64,000 bases of DNA. Origin: an uncultured Rhodospirillales bacterium (GTDB taxonomy: Bacteria > Pseudomonadota > Alphaproteobacteria > Rhodospirillales > UBA2165). Of the stretch, positions 1-9,532 are shown one piece after another. The notes beneath the pieces are model-generated. The model searched no databases. It was not told the origin of the DNA and saw nothing but the letters and a program-made list of their open reading frames with translations. The position numbers and the translations under genes were made by a program. Within the stretch, counting starts at the first letter, position 1. Each line of letters opens with the position of its first letter. The stretch is from positions 1,790,923-1,854,922 of the forward strand of contig CAJXKD010000001.1 in assembly GCA_913055735.1 (NCBI GenBank), given 5' to 3'.

Positions 1-455
1 GCCCACCGTGCGGGTTTCTCCTGGTCGTACTTCTCCGGCGGCGCCCAGGGCTTGAGGGCTTCCGCAAAGTCGCCTTCGGGTATCGCCAGCCCGGCGGGCA
101 CGTCCGGATCGTACATCCGTTCGCCATCGGTCATGTTCATGAGATGGCTTTTGCCCGACAAGGCGGTGCGGTAGCCATTGGCGCGCAGCAAATCGACGAA
201 GGTGTTCGATTGTAACGATAGGGGGAGACCATTGCCGCGTGCGCCGGTGACCGAAGGCAGGCGGCCGGTCATCAAGCTGGAACGGTTCGGCATACAGACG
301 GGGGAGGCGACGTAAAAACGGTCGAACCTGGAGCCGTTTGCCGCGAGGCGGTCGATGTTGGGTGTTTTGACAAGCGGATGGCCGCTACAGCCCAGATAGT
401 CGGCACGATGCTGGTCGGTGATGATGAACAGAAAATTCGGACGCTTGTCAGCCAT
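1..455 (-). CDS. Sulfatase-like hydrolase (5' part; runs off the left edge)
   Basis: Not in the ORF track. Manual minus-strand translation from ATG 455 gives MADKRPNFLFIITDQHRADYLG...VCMPNRSSLMTGR, containing the sulfatase CxPxR motif. GGGAG RBS upstream. Confidence 0.9.
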   Translation of the reverse strand, partial: MADKRPNFLFIITDQHRADYLGCSGHPLVKTPNIDRLAANGSRFDRFYVASPVCMPNRSSLMTGRLPSVTGARGNGLPLSLQSNTFVDLLRANGYRTALSGKSHLMNMTDGERMYDPDVPAGLAIPEGDFAEALKPWAPPEKYDQEKPARW

Positions 456-557
456 ATGGGCTGGTCTCCCTGATGAAACGGTCTGATGAACCGGTTGTCG
501 CCGCCGGTTTTTATGCGGCGAAACTATGATCAGGGGGCGGTATTCGGTCCAGTAGGA

Positions 558-594
558 TGACCGCTTATCGGACGTGATGTCCGTCTAACGGACA
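558..594. promoter_or_regulatory. Tandem IclR/PobR-like operator upstream of the sulfatase
   Basis: Perfect palindrome TGTCCGT-CTA-ACGGACA (578-594) plus a degenerate copy TGACCG-N5-CGGACG (558-574). Confidence 0.45.
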
Positions 595-638
595 ATAGGT
601 GATAGTTCACGCATTATTGGGGCGTCCACCTAGAGAGG

Positions 639-2504
639 TTAGGCGAGGCCGCGCTCCAACGCGCTGTTGAGACGTTTGGTGAAGGCGGACGGGTTGGCAA
701 TTTGTTCGCCTTCGATAATCCGTGCCTCGTCCACCAGCAGGTGCGCCATTTCGCTCACGGTCTCATCGTTAGCAGGGTCGTCCACAAGCTTGGTCAAACG
801 CCGGATCAATGGGTGTGAAGGATTAACTTCTAAAATGCGTTTGCTGGCGCCCACCTGCATATGTCCCTGCATCTTGAGCATCCGTTCTAGATGCAGGTCC
901 ATGTCACCGACATCGGCGACAAGGCAAACGGCGCTATCGGTGAGCCGCTCGGAAGACCGTACGTCCTTGATCTCGTCGCCGAGGGCATCTTTAAATCGGA
1001 GGATAAGCTCGGCGAGACCGCCGGCATCGGCCTTTTCAGGTTCCGGCGCGTCCTCTTGTTTATCGACGGCGAATTTACCGAGGTCAATGCCGCCGGAGGT
1101 CACCGACCGGAACCGCTTTTCACTGAATTCGCCGACGGTCGGAATCCAGAATTCATCGATCGGGTCGGTCAGCAGCAGAACTTCGACGCCCCGTGCGCGG
1201 AAACCTTCCAGTTGTGGGCTCGCGTTCAACGTTTCCGCATCGTCGCCGGTAATGAAATAGATTTCGTCTTGGCCCTCTTTCATACGGTCGACGTAGTCCG
1301 CAAGGGTCGTCCAGCCGTCGCTTGCCGTGCTGTGGAAGCGGGCGAGTTCCAGAATTTTCTCGTGGCTCGACGGATCTTCGTAGAGGCCCTCCTTGAGGAC
1401 GGCGCCAAAGTTTTCCCAGAAAGTGAGATACTCGTCGGGCGCCTTGTCGGCTTTCTTTTTCAGTTCCGAGAAGAGTTTGTTCACCACGGCGCTGCGGATC
1501 TTGGTGACCAGTAGGTTGTGCTGCAGCATCTCGCGGCTGACGTTCAGGGGTAGGTCTTCGGAATCGACAATGCCGCGCACGAACCGGAAGTAATGCGGCA
1601 TCAGCTCTTCGCATTCGTCGGTGATAAACACCCGTTTGACGAAAAGCTTCACGCGATGGCGGCGGTCCGGATGCATCAGGTCGAACGGTTGCGTCGACGG
1701 GATGAACAGAAGGGTCGCGTATTCGATCTTGCCCTCGGCTTTGGTGTGAATGGTGAGCCACGGATCGTCGAAGGTGTGGCCCACGTGGTGATAGAATTCC
1801 TTGTACTGCTCGTCGGTGATTTCGGTCCGGGGCCGGGTCCACAGAGCTGAGCCACTGTTGAGCTGGCTCTCTTCATCGCCCGACGTCAGGTAGATCGGGA
1901 TGGCGATGTGGTCGGAATAGGTTTTGATGATGTGACGCAGGCGGCTTTCGTCGAGATACTCGCTTTCGTCCTTGGCCAGGTGGACGACGACGGTCGTCCC
2001 TTGGCTGTCGCGTTCCGCCTCGTCGATGGAGAAGGCTCCCTTGCCATCCGAGGACCATTTCCACGCGGCTTCCTCGCCGGCACGCCGCGTAATGACATCG
2101 ACCTGTTTGGCCACGGCGAAGGAGGCGTAGAAACCGACGCCGAATTGCCCGATCAGCGCGGCGTCCTTCTTCGCATCGCCCGTCAGGCTTTCGAGAAATG
2201 CCGTGGTGCCGGAGCGTGCGATCGTCCCGAGGTTCTCGATCAGCTCATCCCGGCTCATCCCGATGCCGTTATCGGCAAATGTGAGACTGCGTTTCTTTTC
2301 GTCGATGGAAATGTCGATCCGAAAGCCGCCCTCGGGGGCCAGGTCCGGTGCGGTGAGGGCCAGATATCGCAATTTATCGCAGGCATCGGAAGCATTGGAG
2401 ACGAGCTCGCGGACGAAAATCTCTTTGTTCGAGTAAAGTGAGTTGACGACGATCTCCAGGATCTTCCCGACCTCCGCCTGGAAATTGAGTTTCTCCTCGC
2501 TCAT
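639..2504 (-). CDS. htpG: Molecular chaperone HtpG (Hsp90)
   Basis: FQAEV, SLYSNKEIFVRELVSNASDA, DNGIGM, IGQFGVGFY motifs. Likely start MSEEK at 2504. Confidence 0.97.
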   Translation of the reverse strand: MSEEKLNFQAEVGKILEIVVNSLYSNKEIFVRELVSNASDACDKLRYLALTAPDLAPEGGFRIDISIDEKKRSLTFADNGIGMSRDELIENLGTIARSGTTAFLESLTGDAKKDAALIGQFGVGFYASFAVAKQVDVITRRAGEEAAWKWSSDGKGAFSIDEAERDSQGTTVVVHLAKDESEYLDESRLRHIIKTYSDHIAIPIYLTSGDEESQLNSGSALWTRPRTEITDEQYKEFYHHVGHTFDDPWLTIHTKAEGKIEYATLLFIPSTQPFDLMHPDRRHRVKLFVKRVFITDECEELMPHYFRFVRGIVDSEDLPLNVSREMLQHNLLVTKIRSAVVNKLFSELKKKADKAPDEYLTFWENFGAVLKEGLYEDPSSHEKILELARFHSTASDGWTTLADYVDRMKEGQDEIYFITGDDAETLNASPQLEGFRARGVEVLLLTDPIDEFWIPTVGEFSEKRFRSVTSGGIDLGKFAVDKQEDAPEPEKADAGGLAELILRFKDALGDEIKDVRSSERLTDSAVCLVADVGDMDLHLERMLKMQGHMQVGASKRILEVNPSHPLIRRLTKLVDDPANDETVSEMAHLLVDEARIIEGEQIANPSAFTKRLNSALERGLA

Positions 2505-2863
2505 ATCCTGCGTCTCCTGCTGTTCCGTCGCTTGCCAGGCTTGGCCGGCGTTCGGCACCCGTGGCGTCGTAATTGGTGCATCCCCTAACTAGGGGCGGCC
2601 AAAATGTATCCCGGACCGAGGATTTAGCAAGGCCCGCCATGGGATATCCTCCGAGAGAAAGATACCGGGCTGCGAAGCGGCCGGTTTTGATGGGCGTCAA
2701 TGCAGACAAGGCGCGCGCCGTGTCCTGATGGCGTTTAAGCAGGGCCTCCGGAGTCGCATTCGATCCAGGTTTCTGCCAGACTAAATGGATAAGAATGGCG
2801 GCACCGGATGCGGACCGGAAGCCGGAGATCAAAGGTAACACCAGGCAAAGAAAAGGACCTTCG

Positions 2864-3229
2864 ATGGAAATCCCTGTGCAAATCAATTTTCACGACGTGG
2901 ACCATTCGGATGCGGTGGAGGCGCGCATTCGGGAGAAAGTGGAAAAGCTCGAGCAGTATTCTGATCGGATCATCGGGTGCCGCGTCACCGTCGAAGCCCC
3001 CCACAAGCATCACCACAAGGGCAAGCTTTACACGGTAAAGATCGATTTGACGTTGCCGGGTGGCGAGATCGTGGTTGCGCACGACAATCACGACGACCAT
3101 GCCCATGAGGACGTCTATGTGGCAATTCGCGACTCGTTCGAGGCCATGCGCCGGCAACTCAAGAAGCATGTCCGTCAGACCCGCGAGAAACAAACCAAAG
3201 CCGCGCGGCAAGAGAAGATGGGGGGTTAG
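2864..3229 (+). CDS. HPF/RaiA family ribosome-associated protein
   Basis: MEIPVQINFHDVDHSDAVEARIREKVEKL...HEDVYVAIRDSF is a typical HPF fold. AAGGA RBS before ATG 2864. Confidence 0.85.
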   Translation: MEIPVQINFHDVDHSDAVEARIREKVEKLEQYSDRIIGCRVTVEAPHKHHHKGKLYTVKIDLTLPGGEIVVAHDNHDDHAHEDVYVAIRDSFEAMRRQLKKHVRQTREKQTKAARQEKMGG

Positions 3230-3275
3230 TGCTTAGATCAACTCCCCTTTCCATGCCCCCTCTGCGGAGGGCGTA

Positions 3276-4001
3276 ATGTTTTCCTTTGGCCGTTCCCGTT
3301 CCGGCGATGGCGCGTCGAGTGGGCGCGCTAAGGATGATTTTGCCGCAGCGAGGGAACGGCTGCTGACGGAAATCGAATACGAAATGCGGGAAACGGTCGG
3401 GTATACCGGCCGGGGCCACTTGTCCGATCGTGTGCACCGCGCCATGGGCGAGGTGCCGCGCCATGAATTCGTTCCGGAAGAGGATGTGCAAAATGCCTAC
3501 GTCAATCGGGCGCGCGGTATCGGCTATGGGCAGACCATTTCGCAGCCTTATATCGTTGCGCTGATGACGGAACTGCTCGACCTCGAGCCAAGCGACCGGG
3601 TTTTGGAGATCGGGACGGGGTGCGGGTACCAGGCGGCGGTGTTGTCCGGTCTCGTGGCGGAAGTCTACAGCATCGAATTCGTTCCCGAGTTGGGTACCGA
3701 GGCTGGCGAAAGGCTCCGACGTCTCGGCTACGACAATGTCGAGGTGCGGATCGGCGACGGCCGTCTCGGCTGGCCTGAGAAGGCCCCTTTTGATGGGATC
3801 ATCGTGACCGCGGTCGCCGAAGATGTGCCGCAGCCGCTGCTCGATCAGCTCGCAAATGGCGGGCGTATGATGATCCCCTTGGGGGCCTCCTACGGGGCCC
3901 AGGATCTTGTGCTGGTCACCAAAGATGAGAACGGCGAGGTTTCCCACAAGGCGGTGCTCCCGGTGGCGTTCGTGCCCCTGGTGAAAGGCGCATCAGAATA
4001 G
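3276..4001 (+). CDS. pcm: Protein-L-isoaspartate(D-aspartate) O-methyltransferase
   Basis: VPRHEFV, GQTISQPYIVA, VLEIGTGCGYQAA, APFDGIIVTA motifs. Confidence 0.95.
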   Translation: MFSFGRSRSGDGASSGRAKDDFAAARERLLTEIEYEMRETVGYTGRGHLSDRVHRAMGEVPRHEFVPEEDVQNAYVNRARGIGYGQTISQPYIVALMTELLDLEPSDRVLEIGTGCGYQAAVLSGLVAEVYSIEFVPELGTEAGERLRRLGYDNVEVRIGDGRLGWPEKAPFDGIIVTAVAEDVPQPLLDQLANGGRMMIPLGASYGAQDLVLVTKDENGEVSHKAVLPVAFVPLVKGASE

Positions 4002-4084
4002 CGCGGTAGGCGGATAGCCCCGGATTTCTTGCGTGGCCGTATCTGCCCTTGCGTTGACGCCCTGAAACGCCGATCCTCAAGACC

Positions 4085-6583
4085 ATGCAGATCAATTCCG
4101 GCAGGCCGCGTGTGGTCGCCGTCCTCGGGCCGACCAACACGGGAAAGACTTATCTCGCGTTGGAACGTATGCTCGGTCATGACAGCGGTATCATGGGATT
4201 CCCGCTCCGCCTGCTGGCCCGGGAAAACTACGATCGCGCGGTAAAGATCAAAGGCGTGCGTCAGGTCGCGCTGATCACCGGTGAAGAAAAGATTGTTCCC
4301 CCGTACGCGAAATACTTTTTTTGCACGGTCGAATCCATGCCGTCGGGTATCCCGGCTGCATTTGTCGGCGTTGACGAGGTGCAACTGGCGGCCGATCCGG
4401 ACCGGGGGCATGTTTTCACCGACCGTATTTTGCGTGCGCGCGGCGACCAGGAAACCATGTTCATGGGATCTGATACGATCCGCGCGCGATTGCGCGAACT
4501 CGTGCCCGGGATCGAGTTTCAAACGCGTAGCCGGTTCTCAACATTGCGGTACGCCGGGCCTCGTAAAATCAACAGGCTCCCCCGTCGATCCGCTGTCGTT
4601 GCTTTTACCGCGAACGATGTTTACGCCATTGCCGAATTGATACGTCGGCAGCGGGGTGGGGCCGCCATCGTCATGGGCGCGCTCAGCCCGCGCACACGCA
4701 ACGCCCAGGTGGCATTGTTCCAAAGCGGCGATGTCGACTATCTCGTGGCCACCGATGCCATCGGCATGGGGCTCAACATGGATATCGACCATGTTGCCTT
4801 TGCGTCGCTGACGAAATTCGACGGAAGGGTTTCGCGGGCGCTGAGAGCCGACGAACTGGCGCAGATTGCGGGACGCGCCGGACGCCATATGAATGACGGG
4901 ACCTTCGGGACAACGGCGGACGCGGGCGAAATTCAACCGGACATCATCGATCGTATCGAGAACCATAAATTCGATTCTATTAAGGCTATTCATTGGCGCA
5001 ACGCTGCGCTCGTCTTCGATGATTTGCCGGCGCTTGAGCGAAGCCTCGCGGTCGAACCGCAGCGTTCCGGTCTTGTGCGGGTGCGTCCGGCACCGGACGA
5101 ATTGGCGTTGGCCGAGCTGATCCGCGCGCCGGATATTCGCCGCCTGGCAGACCGTCCGGAAACCGTGCGGCTGTTGTGGGACGTTTGTCAGGTGCCCGAT
5201 TTCCAAAAGATGGCGAGCGACACCCACGTTAATCTGCTGGGTCAAATCTATCGTCATTTGATGACACCGGCCGGTAAACTGCCGACGGATTGGGTCGCGC
5301 GCCATGTCGCGCAAATCGACAAAACAGATGGCGATATCGAAACCCTGCTCGGCCGCATCTCAAAAATACGGATATGGACCTACGTTTCGCATCGTGGCGA
5401 CTGGTTGACCGATCCGGACGAATGGCAAGGCCGCACCCGCGACATTGAAGACCGCTTGTCCGATGCGCTGCACGAGCGGTTGACCCAGCGTTTTGTTGAC
5501 CAGCGGACGGCCTTGTTGGTCCGGCGGTTGAAGGACCGGGACAATCTCAGTGCGCAGGTCGAAAAATCCGGCGATGTCATGGTCGAAGGGCATTATGTCG
5601 GCCGATTGGACGGGTTCCGGTTTATTGCGGATCAGACCGATTCGGAACTGGCGGGCCGCGCCGTGACCAATGCGGCATTGAAGGCGCTCGGTCAGGAAAT
5701 TCGGCGGCGGGTGAACGCTCTGGCGGTGGCCGGGGCTGACGAGTTGGACATCGCCGATGATGGTGCTTTGGTTTGGCAAGGCAGTATGGTGGCGCGGTTG
5801 GCGGCAGGAGCAGATATCCTGAGACCACAGGTCGTTTTGCCGCGCAACGGTCTGCTGGAAGCGGATATGCGCCAACGCATCGAACGTCATCTCGATGCCT
5901 GGATGCAACGCCGGATCGATGCGGATTTGGCGCCGCTGCGGGCCCTCGAACAGGCGGAATTATCCGGCGCGGTGCGGGGGATTGCGTTTCGGCTGGGAGA
6001 GAACCTCGGCAAGATACGCCGGCACGTCGTCGACGAACAGCTTTCAAGGGTAGAGGCCGCCGATCGGGCACGGTTGCGCAAACTCGGTGTGCGCATCGGC
6101 CGCGATATGATCTACATGCCGGCACTTTTAAAGCCCAAGGCCGCGCGTTTGTCGGCGCTTCTTTGGATGGTTCATCGCGGGCAGCGGAAAATGCCCGAGA
6201 TGCCGCCGGCGGGCCGCATGTCGATCAGGATCGATAAGGGCGCCGATTTCCGGTTTCTCGAAACGGTCGGTTACCGGGCCTGTGGTCCGTTGGCCATCCG
6301 GATCGATATTCTCGAACGCCTCTTGTCTCACGTATGGAAAACAGCGCCAAAGACCGGTGCGGCAATCGAACCGGCGATTCTCAATCTGGTCGGATGCAGC
6401 GAGGACGATCTGGCGAACGTTTTGACGTCTCTGGGATTTCGCCGCGAGAAAAGCGACAGCGGCGATGTTTTCAAGCCTGGGCGCCGGAAAAAGCAAAACC
6501 CCGGGCAAAAGCGCCGCGGCAAGGAGAGCGACAATGCCGACTCGCCGTTCGCGAAATTGCAAAGCATTCTGGCGGCGGAATGA
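4085..6583 (+). CDS. Suv3/MgpS-like SF2 helicase
   Basis: GPTNTGKT Walker A, DEVQ, VATDAIGMGLN, QIAGRAGR. Typical alphaproteobacterial helicase-S4-fdxA-carD context. Confidence 0.9.
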   Translation: MQINSGRPRVVAVLGPTNTGKTYLALERMLGHDSGIMGFPLRLLARENYDRAVKIKGVRQVALITGEEKIVPPYAKYFFCTVESMPSGIPAAFVGVDEVQLAADPDRGHVFTDRILRARGDQETMFMGSDTIRARLRELVPGIEFQTRSRFSTLRYAGPRKINRLPRRSAVVAFTANDVYAIAELIRRQRGGAAIVMGALSPRTRNAQVALFQSGDVDYLVATDAIGMGLNMDIDHVAFASLTKFDGRVSRALRADELAQIAGRAGRHMNDGTFGTTADAGEIQPDIIDRIENHKFDSIKAIHWRNAALVFDDLPALERSLAVEPQRSGLVRVRPAPDELALAELIRAPDIRRLADRPETVRLLWDVCQVPDFQKMASDTHVNLLGQIYRHLMTPAGKLPTDWVARHVAQIDKTDGDIETLLGRISKIRIWTYVSHRGDWLTDPDEWQGRTRDIEDRLSDALHERLTQRFVDQRTALLVRRLKDRDNLSAQVEKSGDVMVEGHYVGRLDGFRFIADQTDSELAGRAVTNAALKALGQEIRRRVNALAVAGADELDIADDGALVWQGSMVARLAAGADILRPQVVLPRNGLLEADMRQRIERHLDAWMQRRIDADLAPLRALEQAELSGAVRGIAFRLGENLGKIRRHVVDEQLSRVEAADRARLRKLGVRIGRDMIYMPALLKPKAARLSALLWMVHRGQRKMPEMPPAGRMSIRIDKGADFRFLETVGYRACGPLAIRIDILERLLSHVWKTAPKTGAAIEPAILNLVGCSEDDLANVLTSLGFRREKSDSGDVFKPGRRKKQNPGQKRRGKESDNADSPFAKLQSILAAE

Positions 6584-7002
6584 ACGTGCCGGCAATGATG
6601 GAAAACGGCGAAAACAGTTCCGGGTATGAGAGTCTCCGTATCGACAAATGGCTTTGGTATGCGCGGTTCGTAAAAAGCCGGTCCCTCGCATCCAAATTAT
6701 GCCAAAGCGGCAAAATGCGGCTCAACGGAGCGGCCATTGCCAAGTCGCACCAGGCGGTACATGTCGGCGATGTTCTAACGTTCCCCCTAGGGCCCCGTAT
6801 CCGCGTGATCCGTATCCTGGCTCTCGGCACCCGGCGGGGACCCGCGAGTGAGGCGCAGACCCTCTATGAGGATCAATCGCCGCCTCCTGAACGCCGGCCC
6901 GATGACGCTCCCGTATCTGTAGCGCAGGGACGCCGGGCCGCCGGGTCGGGGCGGCCGACCAAAACCGAACGGCGGGCCATCGATCGCCTTCTGGGGCGTT
7001 AG
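6580..7002 (+). CDS. S4-domain RNA-binding protein (Hsp15-like)
   Basis: RIDKWLWYARFVKSRSLA and GRPTK motifs. ATGA overlap with the helicase stop. Confidence 0.9.
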   Translation: MNVPAMMENGENSSGYESLRIDKWLWYARFVKSRSLASKLCQSGKMRLNGAAIAKSHQAVHVGDVLTFPLGPRIRVIRILALGTRRGPASEAQTLYEDQSPPPERRPDDAPVSVAQGRRAAGSGRPTKTERRAIDRLLGR

Positions 7003-7074
7003 GCCGCGCGGCGCGTAGAAAGGCCCTTTTTTCTTAAGGTTGATGCGTGGCTTTGTGGTGTGGTACCCAGCGCC

Positions 7075-7545
7075 ATGATCAACCGTTTTAAAGCCTTATT
7101 CACAGCAAGCAGCGGTGAAAACCAATCCATCAGCCGGAACGAGGAGCTCCAGTTGGCGGCTGCGGCGCTACTTGTCGAGGCGGCAAGCATGGACGGCGAT
7201 TTCGATGACGCCGAGCGGTCTCGGATCACGGAATTGCTGCAGAACCGGTTCGAATTGAGTGATGAGGAAACGGCGACCTTGGTTGGCGACGCCGAACAGG
7301 CCGTTCAGGAATCCGGCCAGTTGTACGGGTTTACGCGGGTGGTCAAAGACAGCTATACGCCCGAAGAGCGTATCGAAATGATCGAGATGCTGTGGGAAGT
7401 GGCTTATGCCGATGGCCGTGTCGACCATTTCGAATCCAATCTCATCCGCCGAATCGGGGGGCTGATTTTCGTATCCGACGTCGATCGGGGGGCGGCAAAA
7501 GGCCGTGTCATGGCGAGACTTGGCATCAAAGAGTCGGCAGTGTAA
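7075..7545 (+). CDS. TerB family protein
   Basis: LAAAALLVEAASMDG...LWEVAYADG..E..LIRR is the TerB pattern. Confidence 0.85.
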   Translation: MINRFKALFTASSGENQSISRNEELQLAAAALLVEAASMDGDFDDAERSRITELLQNRFELSDEETATLVGDAEQAVQESGQLYGFTRVVKDSYTPEERIEMIEMLWEVAYADGRVDHFESNLIRRIGGLIFVSDVDRGAAKGRVMARLGIKESAV

Positions 7546-7624
7546 GAAAGATAACGCCTTTGGCCCGGCGCCAAGACATAGGGCCATCTAAGACCAGGGG
7601 CAAAGCGTTAGTACGGAGAACACA

Positions 7625-7960
7625 ATGACATACGTTGTCACCGAAAATTGCATCAAATGCAAATACATGGATTGCGTGGAAGTCTGTCCGGTCGACTGCT
7701 TCTACGAGGGGGAGAACATGTTGGTGATCAGCCCCGACGAGTGCATCGATTGCGGCGTATGCGAGCCGGAATGCCCGGCGGAAGCCATTGTGCCGGACAC
7801 CGAGGACGGTTTGGACAAGTGGCTCGAGATCAATACCAAGTTTGCAGCGGCGTGGCCGAATATTACCGTTAAAGGCGAATCGCCTGCCGATGCGGACGAA
7901 TGGAAAGACAAACCCGGCAAGCTCGAGATGTTGAGCGAGAAGCCTGGCTCGGGAAACTGA
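7625..7960 (+). CDS. fdxA: Ferredoxin FdxA
   Basis: [26 protein letters not shown]...[12 protein letters not shown]. Confidence 0.97.
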   Translation: MTYVVTENCIKCKYMDCVEVCPVDCFYEGENMLVISPDECIDCGVCEPECPAEAIVPDTEDGLDKWLEINTKFAAAWPNITVKGESPADADEWKDKPGKLEMLSEKPGSGN

Positions 7961-8300
7961 AACCGGCCTTTTTCGGCGGTACGCGGTCGGTCGCGCGTGG
8001 TGTGGTTTCAGAATGTTGCAGGGGCTTTTCGGGGTGATTTCCGAAGAAGCCTTTGAAACACTACAATTTTCCTAAAAATTGTGGTATGTCATGTGTGCTG
8101 GCTCGGTAGAGCTAGGACTGATCCTTTGGGCTACGGGTGTCGTCCTGGGAAATTGATCCCCGTTACCTTGTCCAGGGTCATTTTTCTGATCGATCTTATT
8201 TTAGCGCTCCGGTTACCGGATAGGGTTAATGCACGCCGGTTCATGCCAACGTGATACGGCGGACCTAGCGCAAAGAACGAAGAGGACAGAGACGGAAATC

Positions 8301-9392
8301 ATGGCGACAAAGTCGACGAAGTCCAAGAAACAGACCAAGACGACCCGAGCGACAAAACCAGCCCGGACGACGAAGACGGCGAAACCGAGGCGGGCGACGA
8401 AGCCGGCGCGGGCCACCAAGGCTACGAAACCGGCAAGATCCGCGAGGGTTGCCAAGAAAAAGGCTGCGCCTGCGAAGTCGGCCAAGACGACAAAAGCGAA
8501 GAAACCAGCAGCCAAAAAGCCCGTGAGAGCAAAGAAGCCTGCGTCAACGACGAAGGCGAAGAGACCTGCGTCCGCTGCAAAAGCGGCAAAACCCTCGCGC
8601 GCCTCGAAAGCGACGAAAACCAAAAAGACGACGGCTAAGAGGACAACGGCCAAGAGAGTGACAGCAGCCAAGAAAGCGACGGCGGCTAAGAAAACAACGG
8701 CGGCTAAAAAAGCAACGAAATCCGTAAAAACGACGAAACCCGTAAAAACGGCAAAACCCACCAAGGTTGCCAAACCGACGACGGTGGCCAAACCGAAAAG
8801 GGTGGCGGCGCCCACAAAGACTGCAAAACCGGTAAAGGTGAAACAAGTGGAAGAAACGACAAAGCTGGCAACGGCGACTAAAACGAAGGCCAAGAAAGAG
8901 GAAAAGTTGGAGTTCAAGGCAGGCGATTTCGTGGTGTATCCGACCCACGGTGTCGGAAAAGTGACGGGGATCGAGAAACAGACCATTGCCGGCCATGATC
9001 TCAAATTGATTGTTGTGACGTTCGACAACGATCGGATGACCCTCCGTGTTCCCATGGATAAGATGGAAACGTCGGGGCTGCGCCGGCTAAGTACGCGCAA
9101 GGTGATGGATACGGCCCTTACGACCTTAAAGGGGCGTGCCCGGGTCAAGCGGACCATGTGGAGCCGCCGTGCCCAGGAATATGAGGCAAAGATCAATTCC
9201 GGCGATCCGGTCTCTATTGCCGAAGTCGTGCGCGATCTGCACCGTAATGTCGGACAGCCCGACCAATCTTTCAGCGAACGTCAGATCTATGAGGCGGCAT
9301 TGGAACGATTGGCGAGCGAGTTTGCCGCTGTCGACGGCACGGACAATGAAAAGGCGACGGAGAAGCTCGAACAGGTTCTGACCGCCGCCTGA
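8301..9392 (+). CDS. carD: CarD/CdnL transcription factor with a long N-terminal Lys/Ala/Thr/Pro-rich histone-H1-like extension
   Basis: The C-terminal ~160 aa is canonical CarD (FKAGDFVVYPTHGVG, MWSRRAQEY, QSFSERQIYE). It is preceded in frame by ~200 aa of KPA/AAKK repeats. Confidence 0.92.
   Translation: MATKSTKSKKQTKTTRATKPARTTKTAKPRRATKPARATKATKPARSARVAKKKAAPAKSAKTTKAKKPAAKKPVRAKKPASTTKAKRPASAAKAAKPSRASKATKTKKTTAKRTTAKRVTAAKKATAAKKTTAAKKATKSVKTTKPVKTAKPTKVAKPTTVAKPKRVAAPTKTAKPVKVKQVEETTKLATATKTKAKKEEKLEFKAGDFVVYPTHGVGKVTGIEKQTIAGHDLKLIVVTFDNDRMTLRVPMDKMETSGLRRLSTRKVMDTALTTLKGRARVKRTMWSRRAQEYEAKINSGDPVSIAEVVRDLHRNVGQPDQSFSERQIYEAALERLASEFAAVDGTDNEKATEKLEQVLTAA
8310..8849 (+). repeat. Low-complexity coding repeats (TKPAR, AKKP, TTAK/TAAKK, KPVKT)
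   Basis: Imperfect tandem 5-6 aa units visible in the translation. Confidence 0.85.
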
Positions 9393-9424
9393 TCGGAACC
9401 GCACCTTAACAAAATCACAAAGAA

Positions 9425-9451
9425 TTAGCGGGGCGTTAGCAATTGGTTAAC
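9425..9451. promoter_or_regulatory. CtrA-like box(es)
   Basis: TTAG-N7-TTAG-N7-TTAAC: three half-sites at 11-bp period. CtrA consensus is TTAA-N7-TTAA. Confidence 0.5.
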
Positions 9452-9532
9452 GTTCCGCTTTTCATATTTAAGCCACCAAAGGTGCATTCGATAAATCGGA
9501 TGCCCCATAAACCAGGGTGGGAAGTGATTTAG

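Noticed and set aside
470-526. CTGATGA...GAAAC resembling a hammerhead ribozyme core
   Set aside because: Stem II is not directly followed by GAAA (11 extra nt), and I could not form stems I and III.
8213-9196. 327-aa hydrophobic minus-strand ORF
   Set aside because: Antisense shadow of the Lys/Ala/Thr repeats of carD; the Phe/Val/Ala richness comes directly from the complementary codons.
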